32,000 nucleotides of DNA. It comes from Haloferax volcanii DS2. GTDB lineage: Archaea > Halobacteriota > Halobacteria > Halobacteriales > Haloferacaceae. A program made the translations under genes and the position numbers. The stretch covers positions 30,001-62,000 of the forward strand of contig NC_013966.1 of assembly GCF_000025685.1 (NCBI RefSeq). Reading direction: 5' to 3'. Positions within the stretch are counted from its first letter, which is position 1. Every line of letters begins with the position of its first letter. The notes beneath the pieces were generated by a model that searched no databases, was not told where the DNA came from, and was given only the letters and a program-made list of their open reading frames with translations. This document shows, in pieces, positions 17,590-23,747 of this stretch.

Positions 17590-17747
17590 TGGAGACCCTG
17601 CGACTCTCTCGAGCCACATACCAGCTCATCGAACGCGCAATCGAAGCGCGGGAGCACATCGGCCACGAACTCGAGCGGTACAACGACCGGCGGGAACGCG
17701 AGAGAACCGAGAGCACAGACGTTTCGGCGGGGCGTGGCGATTCATGA
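17589..17747 (+). CDS. small helical protein (52 aa), not in the ORF track
   Basis: I translated METLRLSRATYQLIERAIEAREHIGHELERYNDRRERERTESTDVSAGRGDS by hand. Its ATG overlaps the upstream TGA (TGATG), and its TGA overlaps the downstream ATG (ATGA). Confidence 0.5.
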   Translation: METLRLSRATYQLIERAIEAREHIGHELERYNDRRERERTESTDVSAGRGDS

Positions 17748-18408
17748 CCAGCGTCCACCACAGTGATTCGACTGGCCAGACCGGGTTTCAGTTCACACCG
17801 GCGTCGGGCGGGTGCGACTGTCCGATCCATCACGATAGCAACCCGGTCACGGCGCCGCTTGGATTGCGGTTCGCCGAGCGAGTCCAAATCGAGGCGATCC
17901 CCCAGCACGTCGCTGGCGCAATCTACGAGGCCCATCATTCATACATGGACGACATCCCGCTCACCAACCTGGTTCACCACGGGCTGAGTTACCAGGGACA
18001 GCTCATGGGCGCGATTACGTGGCGACATCCGCTCATCCGGTCGTTAAAGCTCGATGAAACACGGTACGGAGGCGACGAGATCGTCGAGGCAGCCCGCATC
18101 TGTATCGGCGTCGACTTCCCGAACCTGGCATCGGCAGCGCTCGCACGGTCGATGGATCAGTTCATTCGACGTGAAGCACGTCGACGCGGGATTCGACTCC
18201 TCCTGACGTTCGTTCGAGCGGATTACTCTGGATCAATGGTGAAAGCACTCCGAGCCAAGGGTGGCACTGTACGGGAAAGACGGGGACAGGCCAAGCAGGG
18301 AATCGACCGGACAAGCCGATTCGTGAGACGCCGAAATGGCGATTCGTGTGCGAGGTATCCAGTGGTCACGATAGCACACAAACGACAGTTGAGCAGTGGT
18401 CAGCATGA
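17744..18408 (+). pseudogene. Mom/XF1762-like (GNAT-fold-type) protein gene interrupted by a 1-nt frame shift near 18260-18262
   Basis: From ATG 17744 the sequence (MTSVHHSD...AIYEAHHSYM...GAITWRHP...LLLTFVRADYSGSMVKALRAKG) is protein-like up to 18262 and then turns Arg/Ser-rich. The -1 frame continues WHCTGKTGTGQAGNRPDKPIRETPKWRF... and ends at TGA 18406-18408, overlapping the next ATG. The family call rests on my memory of the motif. Confidence 0.5.
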
Positions 18409-18692
18409 CTCAGAAAGCGACTCTCGATCACTTCGCGACGAGTGCGACCGAGGAATCCAGCATGCTCACGCTAGAAGAGCGGCTTCTCAGCCCGATTTCC
18501 CCATCCGTTGGTCTTCGACTGATTCCTGGTCAAGGCGATCCGCTGTATCTCCAGAACCGAGGCACGGAGCGGTATCTCTTCCGTGATGACCACGGGCGGT
18601 GGTTCATCATCCAGCCGTCAGCGAAGAATTCAGAAGATGCGTTCGTTCGCTGGGTGTATCTTCCGGACAACAAGCCGAAGCGGCTCTGTTGA
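18405..18692 (+). CDS. hypothetical protein
   Basis: MTQKATLDHFATS...RWFIIQPSAKNSEDAFVRWVYLPDNKPKRLC. The ATG lies in an ATGA overlap with the reconstructed upstream gene. An alternative GTG start is at 18396. Confidence 0.6.
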   Translation: MTQKATLDHFATSATEESSMLTLEERLLSPISPSVGLRLIPGQGDPLYLQNRGTERYLFRDDHGRWFIIQPSAKNSEDAFVRWVYLPDNKPKRLC

Positions 18693-18694
18693 AA

Positions 18695-19565
18695 TCCTCA
18701 GAGAGTTACAGGTTCGACCAGTAGTGTGACCGAATGCAGGCCCTCCCAAAGTCGCGGTTGCTCCGATTTGTTGAGCAGGCATTTCACTTGGCTCGTCGTA
18801 CGGTTGCTCGCTACTCCTCGAAATTCTCGAAACAACGGTACACACTTCACCAGCACATTGTCCTCCTCTGTCTCAAGGTGCGGAAGAACACGACGTACCG
18901 GACGCTTCTTGACGAACTTATCGAGATGCCTCGGATTCGGAGCGCCATCGACCTTGAGGAACTCCCAACACCTTCGACATTGTGTAAAGCGTTCAATCGC
19001 CTTGACATGGCTGTTTGGCGGGTTCTTCTCAATCTCTCAGTCACGCTTCTCCCAACCAACGGTGTCGTCGGCATCGACGCATCCGGATTTGACCGGAGCC
19101 ACGCCTCAAAACACTATACGAAGCGAACAAAGCTAACGATTCAGCAGTTGAAAGTTACACTTCTCGTTGATACGAGGGCGAATGCTATCATCGATTTACA
19201 CGTGACAACGACACGAAAACACGACTCACAGATCGCGCCGTCGCTCATCAAGCGAAATACCGGTGAAGTGGCGATTCTCCTCGGTGACAAGGGATACGAT
19301 GACCAGAAGATTCGCGCGTTGGCTCGTGACGAGGGCGTTCGTCCGCTTATCAAACACCGAAAGTTCTCATCACTTCACAAAGCGTGGAACGCTCGCTTGG
19401 ATGCTGATATCTACGGACAACGGAGCCAGAGTGAGACAGTAAACTCTAATCTAAAGCGTAAATACGGCAACTTTGTTCGTTCACGATATTGGTGGAAACA
19501 ATTCCGCGAGATAACCATGAAGTGTCTCGTTCACAATCTTGATTCGGCTCTCTGAACGGGGAGGT
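18695..19565 (+). mobile_element. IS5/IS4-type insertion sequence (ends not resolved)
   Basis: A single DDE transposase gene begins 42 nt after the end of the upstream operon. GC appears lower here than in the flanks. I could not identify convincing terminal inverted repeats or a target duplication. Confidence 0.45.
18734..19555 (+). CDS. IS5-family (DDE_Tnp_1-type) transposase
   Basis: Candidate DDE triad contexts are GIDASGF, LGDKGYD and SETVNSNLKRKYG. At 273 aa it has the typical size of haloarchaeal IS5-group transposases. Confidence 0.8.
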   Translation: MQALPKSRLLRFVEQAFHLARRTVARYSSKFSKQRYTLHQHIVLLCLKVRKNTTYRTLLDELIEMPRIRSAIDLEELPTPSTLCKAFNRLDMAVWRVLLNLSVTLLPTNGVVGIDASGFDRSHASKHYTKRTKLTIQQLKVTLLVDTRANAIIDLHVTTTRKHDSQIAPSLIKRNTGEVAILLGDKGYDDQKIRALARDEGVRPLIKHRKFSSLHKAWNARLDADIYGQRSQSETVNSNLKRKYGNFVRSRYWWKQFREITMKCLVHNLDSAL

Positions 19566-19568
19566 GAC

Positions 19569-20078
19569 TCACTCCGTGTGAGAACCTCCTCCCGAAGAGC
19601 GAAGTAAAGCCGCAACTGAATGATAGAGTTCAATCTCAAAGACATATGCCAAGAGATAGGCGAAGACAACTCCACCAAGATAACCAATAATAGCTGTAAC
19701 TGACATAGCACGCGTGATGTAGTAATCTGGGAGTGGGTACAGACCAATAGCTGACAGTACGATCGGTGCAAAGAGTGTGAGAGACAGACCCCACACGACT
19801 AAGGCAAAAATAAACTCGACTCTCTTTTTATGATCTTGCCGTTCCTGTTGCTTAGACGATGTCTGTGTTGAAACCCAGAGAAATCCACCAATAAGTCCAA
19901 TAACGGGTGTCCCAACCCAAAGAATCCGAAGGATCGACGCAACACCACTTTGCGAGAGGGGTTGGTAGCTGGTGAGGGTGCCAAATATTACATTAGCAAA
20001 AATCTCACCGAGAATTCCCCATTGGAGGGCACCAGTCAATCTTGCAGTGATTGATGTCCGGTAATTGTTGGGGGCCAT
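19569..20078 (-). CDS. integral membrane protein (about 4 TM), low GC
   Basis: 169-aa ORF with four hydrophobic segments. GC appears well below the window average. It lies directly beside the IS5-type element. Confidence 0.5.
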   Translation of the reverse strand: MAPNNYRTSITARLTGALQWGILGEIFANVIFGTLTSYQPLSQSGVASILRILWVGTPVIGLIGGFLWVSTQTSSKQQERQDHKKRVEFIFALVVWGLSLTLFAPIVLSAIGLYPLPDYYITRAMSVTAIIGYLGGVVFAYLLAYVFEIELYHSVAALLRSSGGGSHTE

Positions 20079-20310
20079 ATAATGATGGATGAATGTACAT
20101 ACATATCATGACTTCGGAATGCCGAGAGTTACTTTTCCGTGACTAGCTGAAATCTGGAGATGGATCCAACAACTAATGTAGGCAAAGTAGATTTCAACAG
20201 AGCCGCCGAAGCGACTTGCGCAGTCAGCACTTCGTCGGCGGACGGTCATCGGCTACGACTATGTTCGGCGGTCGGATGCACCAGACCCAGTCCAGTCGAC
20301 GGTGACAGCG

Positions 20311-20469
20311 ATGTTCGTCACGGGATGCTGGCCCGAGACGACCTACGAGTGTGGATCATGTGAAGCCCGATTCGACACGGCACGAGAACACGCACTTCAC
20401 TGCTGGGATGCACATCCCTGGGTGCCGAATCCGGAGCAGGTACGCCGACGACACTCCCCTGACGAGTAA
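20311..20469 (+). CDS. mini C2H2-type zinc-finger protein (52 aa), not in the ORF track
   Basis: I translated MFVTGCWPETTYECGSCEARFDTAREHALHCWDAHPWVPNPEQVRRRHSPDE by hand. The C-x2-C-x12-H-x4-H spacing matches a classical C2H2 finger. Confidence 0.4.
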   Translation: MFVTGCWPETTYECGSCEARFDTAREHALHCWDAHPWVPNPEQVRRRHSPDE

Positions 20470-20507
20470 TCGGTGGAGGGCAGTCCAGCTCCGACTCCGT
20501 TTAGGCT

Positions 20508-20550
20508 GTTAACCAACAGACACCCATCCCTACCGCTTGTGTTGGTTAAC
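20508..20550. promoter_or_regulatory. palindromic site 1: GTTAACCAACA-N21-TGTTGGTTAAC
   Basis: Perfect 11-bp inverted arms at 20508-20518 and 20540-20550. The spacer contains ATCCCT. The site lies 18 nt upstream of cassette copy 7. Confidence 0.6.
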
Positions 20551-20567
20551 GGCTTCCAGTAATCCGG

Positions 20568-20600
20568 TTTTATTTTCCCCAGAAGGGGTGCGGGGCGGCC
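20568..20600 (+). promoter_or_regulatory. intergenic T-tract / hairpin cassette, copy 7
   Basis: TTTTATTTT-CCCC-agaa-GGGG-TGCGGGGCGG. The next ATG is at 20627. Confidence 0.5.
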
Positions 20601-20626
20601 AGAAGTTGCCGTTCCGGGCCCTACTC

Positions 20627-21628
20627 ATGTCGCTCGATATCAGTTCTAGCAGTAGCACCGCACGTGAGATTGACGCTGCAAAGCAAACCGACTACGTGGC
20701 GTTCTTGCACCGGGCCCCATTCGCGCTGGACGCCTTGAAAATCGGCTTCCTGCCCGGCTTTCGTGAAGACTGCAGCTTTCAGCAATCCCAATTTCAGGGG
20801 TTAGAGATTCCCGTCGGGATGCTCGATAACGACTTTCGAAATCCCGACCTGACTCGATACGTCGACCGGTTTTTCGAACACGAGCCGCGAGTCGGCGTCA
20901 TTGGGGACGCATACGATCCCGACGATGTCGATGATTACGTCGCTGCTGCTCGCGAAATCCAAGCGAGCTACCCCGATGCAGAGCTCGTCATCGTTCCTAA
21001 GTGCAGGGAGGTGATCGAGATGATTCCAGACGACATCGTGCTCGGCTACTCTCGGGGCTACGCTGATCGGCTGGCCCACGAGTTCTCCGAGCCGACCGAC
21101 TGGCGTGGCCGACGCGTCCACATCCTCGGGGGGAGCCCACCGAAGCAGCTTGACGTCATTCAGCAGTTGACCCGACCGACTCTCACGGATGACCCACCCG
21201 CAGATATCGTCGGTGTTGACTGGAACGGACTCCATCGTGGCGCGCAGTTCGGAGAGTTCTGGACAGCTGCCGGATGGGACGATAGCGGCCGGGACGCTGA
21301 CCACGTCACAGTTCGGAAGACCGTTCGTCACAGCCTTGGTCGACTCCGAGAATTCTGGCAGGGACACGGCGTCTGGCCAGATTCGACACCGCAAGATGTC
21401 GGTCTGGATGTAGGGTACGAGGGGCCATCATCGAGTGATCTCGACGGTGCTGCCTGTACTGGATGCGGGACAAATGTCTGGAGAACCCCTCGTGGTCCCT
21501 TTGTTGCCGAGTATGATACGGGAGATGTCTGTGGATACTGCAGCTACGACTGCTACTTCTCGCATCGCCATCGGAACAATCTCGAGGAAATAGCCGGCGA
21601 GAAGAGCGTCTACTTCCCACCGGCGTGA
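20627..21628 (+). CDS. conserved hypothetical protein with C-terminal Cys-rich zinc ribbon; possible distant TGT/DpdA-like fold (unverified)
   Basis: ATG 20627 was chosen because the 20537 start would run through the palindrome and cassette. The C-terminus has CTGCG...CGYCSYDC. Internal blocks AAREIQASYPDAELVIVPKC, RRVHILGGSPPKQLD and IVGVDWNG loosely resemble tRNA-guanine transglycosylase blocks as I remember them. Confidence 0.6.
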   Translation: MSLDISSSSSTAREIDAAKQTDYVAFLHRAPFALDALKIGFLPGFREDCSFQQSQFQGLEIPVGMLDNDFRNPDLTRYVDRFFEHEPRVGVIGDAYDPDDVDDYVAAAREIQASYPDAELVIVPKCREVIEMIPDDIVLGYSRGYADRLAHEFSEPTDWRGRRVHILGGSPPKQLDVIQQLTRPTLTDDPPADIVGVDWNGLHRGAQFGEFWTAAGWDDSGRDADHVTVRKTVRHSLGRLREFWQGHGVWPDSTPQDVGLDVGYEGPSSSDLDGAACTGCGTNVWRTPRGPFVAEYDTGDVCGYCSYDCYFSHRHRNNLEEIAGEKSVYFPPA

Positions 21629-21638
21629 CTCGGAGAGT

Positions 21639-21670
21639 GTTTTTCGAGCCCCTGAGAGGGCGAAGGCTCC
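21639..21670 (+). promoter_or_regulatory. intergenic T-tract / hairpin cassette, copy 8
   Basis: gTTTTTCga-GCCC-ctgaga-GGGC-gaaggctcc, with the alternative pairing GAGCC/GGCTC. The T-tract starts 12 nt after the stop at 21628, and a GTG start lies at 21692. Confidence 0.5.
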
Positions 21671-21691
21671 ATCGAGAGTCTTCATCCAGAG

Positions 21692-22048
21692 GTGAATCAA
21701 GTGAGTCAGCGACAGCATGCGAACGACGTCTCGGTCGATGAGATTCCAATCGATATTTCGAACACACAGTCCGGGGAAATCGATCCAGGTGATGTTCCTG
21801 CGGAGATCGAATCCATCACTCGTGGACTGGCGAGTGAACAGCCGCCGACGAACCCACTCGTCGTTCTCAAAGCAGCTCGGTGGTGGTACATCCACGGCAA
21901 AGGTGGGTCAGATCCCGCGTTCCGGTGGGCCATCGAGTGGGCGCGACACCTCGCGACAGACACATCGAGCGACGTAGAGATGTTCGACGAGTATCTCAAA
22001 TACCTCGTTGCAGTCGGTTTCGCGGACGAACCACACGAACTCCGGTAA
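21692..22048 (+). CDS. hypothetical protein (GTG start)
   Basis: 118 codons starting at GTG 21692 (alternative GTG at 21701). The sequence is acidic (..LKAARWWYIHGKGGSDPAFRWAIEWARHL..). Confidence 0.55.
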   Translation: MNQVSQRQHANDVSVDEIPIDISNTQSGEIDPGDVPAEIESITRGLASEQPPTNPLVVLKAARWWYIHGKGGSDPAFRWAIEWARHLATDTSSDVEMFDEYLKYLVAVGFADEPHELR

Positions 22049-22061
22049 CTCTCAAAGGAAG

Positions 22062-22100
22062 TTGTTTTTTGCGCCCTGAAGGGTGCGGCGCGTTCTGAAT
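22062..22100 (+). promoter_or_regulatory. intergenic T-tract / hairpin cassette, copy 9
   Basis: tTGTTTTTT-GCGCCC-tgaa-GGGTGC-GGCGCGttctgaatcg, with the alternative pairing GCGCC/GGCGC. The T-tract starts 17 nt after the stop at 22048. Confidence 0.55.
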
Positions 22101-22134
22101 CGATGCAGTTGCGGTAATTCGAGTCCTGAAAATC

Positions 22135-23061
22135 ATGGCTACGAGTAGTGATTCGTCGGTCTCGTTCGAGGAGACCGACACCCGGCACGACGAGATGCAC
22201 AGTACCATCGAAGCGTGGATCGACGACCTCGTCGACCACGTTGACGATGCACAAGCCAGTGAGGAGTTCCAAGAGTGGCTGGAAGTCCAGAGTCGCTTCC
22301 ACGACTATTCGCACCGAAACACGCTCCTCATCAAGCTCCAGTGTCCCGAGGCAACGAAGGTCGCAGGCTACAACACATGGCGGAACGACTTCGAACGGCA
22401 CGTCCAGGAAGGCGAACAGGCCATCTGGATCTGGGCACCAATCATCACCAAGCGATGTCCCGAATGTGAGAACTCGATCAGCTACCACGAGAACATCGGT
22501 TGTGAGTACGACGAGACGCCGCAGGATGAATGGTCGAAAGGCCTCGTTGGGTTCAAGCCAGCACCAGTCTTCGACGTATCTCAGACGGAAGGAGAACCGC
22601 TTCCCGAACTGGAGACGGCGGCGACGGGCGACGCCAACGACCTGGTGCCAGCGCTCAAAGATGCAGCTGATGAACTCGGTGTGACGGTTCGCATCGTCGA
22701 TGCCGACGACTGGGAGCATGGTGACGCGAAAGGGGTCTGTAAGTATCGGAGCCTACACGACTTCCAGCCAGTCGTCGAAGCAAGAGCCCGATCGAACCAC
22801 GCAGATCTCGCGGTCACGCTGATTCACGAGTACGCCCATGCGCTGCTCCACTTCGATATCGAAGATGAACCCGAACGGGCAAAACGCGAGGTCGAAGCAG
22901 AAGCCGTCGCGTACATCGTCGGTCGATATTTCGGACTCGACACGAGTGGCTCAGCGTTCTATCTCGCTGCATGGCAGGGCGATGATCCGGAGGCGATTCA
23001 AGAGCGTCTCGGTCGAATCAGTTCCACCGCTCAGGAGATTATTCGATCACTCGGGGAGTGA
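22135..23061 (+). CDS. ArdC-like antirestriction-type protein (N-terminal ssDNA-binding DUF1738-like domain + HExxH metalloprotease-like domain)
   Basis: FHDYSHRNTLLIKLQCPEATKVAGYNTWRNDFERHVQEGEQAIWIWAPI matches the ArdC N-domain pattern. There is an inserted CPEC...C zinc knuckle and a C-terminal LIHEYAHALLH (HExxH). Confidence 0.75.
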   Translation: MATSSDSSVSFEETDTRHDEMHSTIEAWIDDLVDHVDDAQASEEFQEWLEVQSRFHDYSHRNTLLIKLQCPEATKVAGYNTWRNDFERHVQEGEQAIWIWAPIITKRCPECENSISYHENIGCEYDETPQDEWSKGLVGFKPAPVFDVSQTEGEPLPELETAATGDANDLVPALKDAADELGVTVRIVDADDWEHGDAKGVCKYRSLHDFQPVVEARARSNHADLAVTLIHEYAHALLHFDIEDEPERAKREVEAEAVAYIVGRYFGLDTSGSAFYLAAWQGDDPEAIQERLGRISSTAQEIIRSLGE

Positions 23062-23134
23062 CGCTTCGGCTAACCTCCGAACAGCACTCACAGTCGAAAC
23101 TATTCGAGTGAAGCCTCAGGTGCGTTGAAAGACG

Positions 23135-23175
23135 GTTTTTCACGCCGTCGAAGGGCGACGGCGTGCGCGAACTCG
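23135..23175 (+). promoter_or_regulatory. intergenic T-tract / hairpin cassette, copy 10
   Basis: gTTTTT is followed by a perfect 10-bp stem, CACGCCGTCG (23141-23150) / CGACGGCGTG (23156-23165), with loop aaggg, and then cgcgaactcg. The next ATG is at 23198. Confidence 0.6.
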
Positions 23176-23197
23176 TCACGTCGATTCAGCCGAAATT

Positions 23198-23737
23198 ATG
23201 ACCGAACGAACTGACGACGTCGAGACACAGAACGAAGACGAAACAGAACATGAAGAGCGGGTGTACTCTCCTGATGGTGGAGTTGTAGCATCGACTCCTG
23301 CAGCTTCGACACCTACTGAAGCTGGCCAACAACTCACTATTGGCGGAGACCCGTCTCAGGAGGAACTCGAGCCCCGCACAAAGCGAGCTCGAACCGAAGA
23401 GATGGACGTCTCGTTACTGCAGAAGGGAGGAATCTACGAGGTACAATCGGAGTCAGGGAACATCTACGAGGTCGACGTTGCGAGTGAGACGTGTACGTGT
23501 CCAGATTTCTCGAAGCGGGACCCGAGCGGTGGATGCAAGCATCTACGGCGGACTGATCTCGAAATTCGGAGTGGGAACGTCCCTCGTCCCGATGGCCGTC
23601 TCCCAGAAACAATGGACGTTGTCGAACAGCTTTCTACGGAGATTCGCGAGCTGGAGCAAGAGATCGAAGAACGCGTGGAGCAACGGCGGAAACTCGAAAC
23701 TACGGTTGGGGTTCTCAAGGAATTCTCGATTGAGTAG
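23198..23737 (+). CDS. SWIM zinc-finger protein with C-terminal coiled coil
   Basis: CTCPDFSKRDPSGGCKHLRR fits the SWIM pattern CxC-x(n)-CxH. The N-terminus is acidic and low-complexity, and the tail is helical. Confidence 0.7.
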   Translation: MTERTDDVETQNEDETEHEERVYSPDGGVVASTPAASTPTEAGQQLTIGGDPSQEELEPRTKRARTEEMDVSLLQKGGIYEVQSESGNIYEVDVASETCTCPDFSKRDPSGGCKHLRRTDLEIRSGNVPRPDGRLPETMDVVEQLSTEIRELEQEIEERVEQRRKLETTVGVLKEFSIE

Positions 23738-23747
23738 ACGGTAGGTT

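Noticed and set aside
17423-17743. N-terminal 107 codons of the 387-aa ORF 17423-18586
   Set aside because: The composition is Arg/Ser/Pro-rich. The stretch overlaps the 3' end of gene 16903-17589 and the coupled 52-aa ORF. The ATG at 17744, in an ATGA overlap, is a much better start.
18255-18265. Programmed -1 ribosomal frameshifting as the primary explanation for the two-frame Mom-like gene
   Set aside because: C-AAG-GGT is not a full X-XXY-YYZ slippery heptamer, and I saw no obvious downstream pseudoknot or stem. A 1-nt deletion or sequencing error in the G-run is more parsimonious. It remains mentioned as an alternative.
18681-19557. CGGCTCTGTTGAA (18681-18693) and CGGCTCTCTGAAC (19545-19557) as a possible target duplication, and TCAGAGAG as a TIR, for the IS5-type element
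   Set aside because: The direct match is imperfect and coincides with the last codons of two different genes. The inverted match is only 8 bp. Neither is beyond chance expectation in 32 kb, so the IS ends were left unresolved.
20160-20363. 67-aa plus-strand ORF from the track
   Set aside because: The composition is unremarkable and Arg/Cys-rich, with no motif. It overlaps, in a different frame, the more convincing C2H2 mini-ORF at 20311-20469.
20627-21628. A confident annotation of this protein as queuine/archaeosine tRNA-ribosyltransferase or DpdA
   Set aside because: Only three short blocks resemble TGT as I remember it. The DSGG block and the second catalytic-region Asp are absent and the spacings are much shorter. 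It is kept only as a hypothesis to test.
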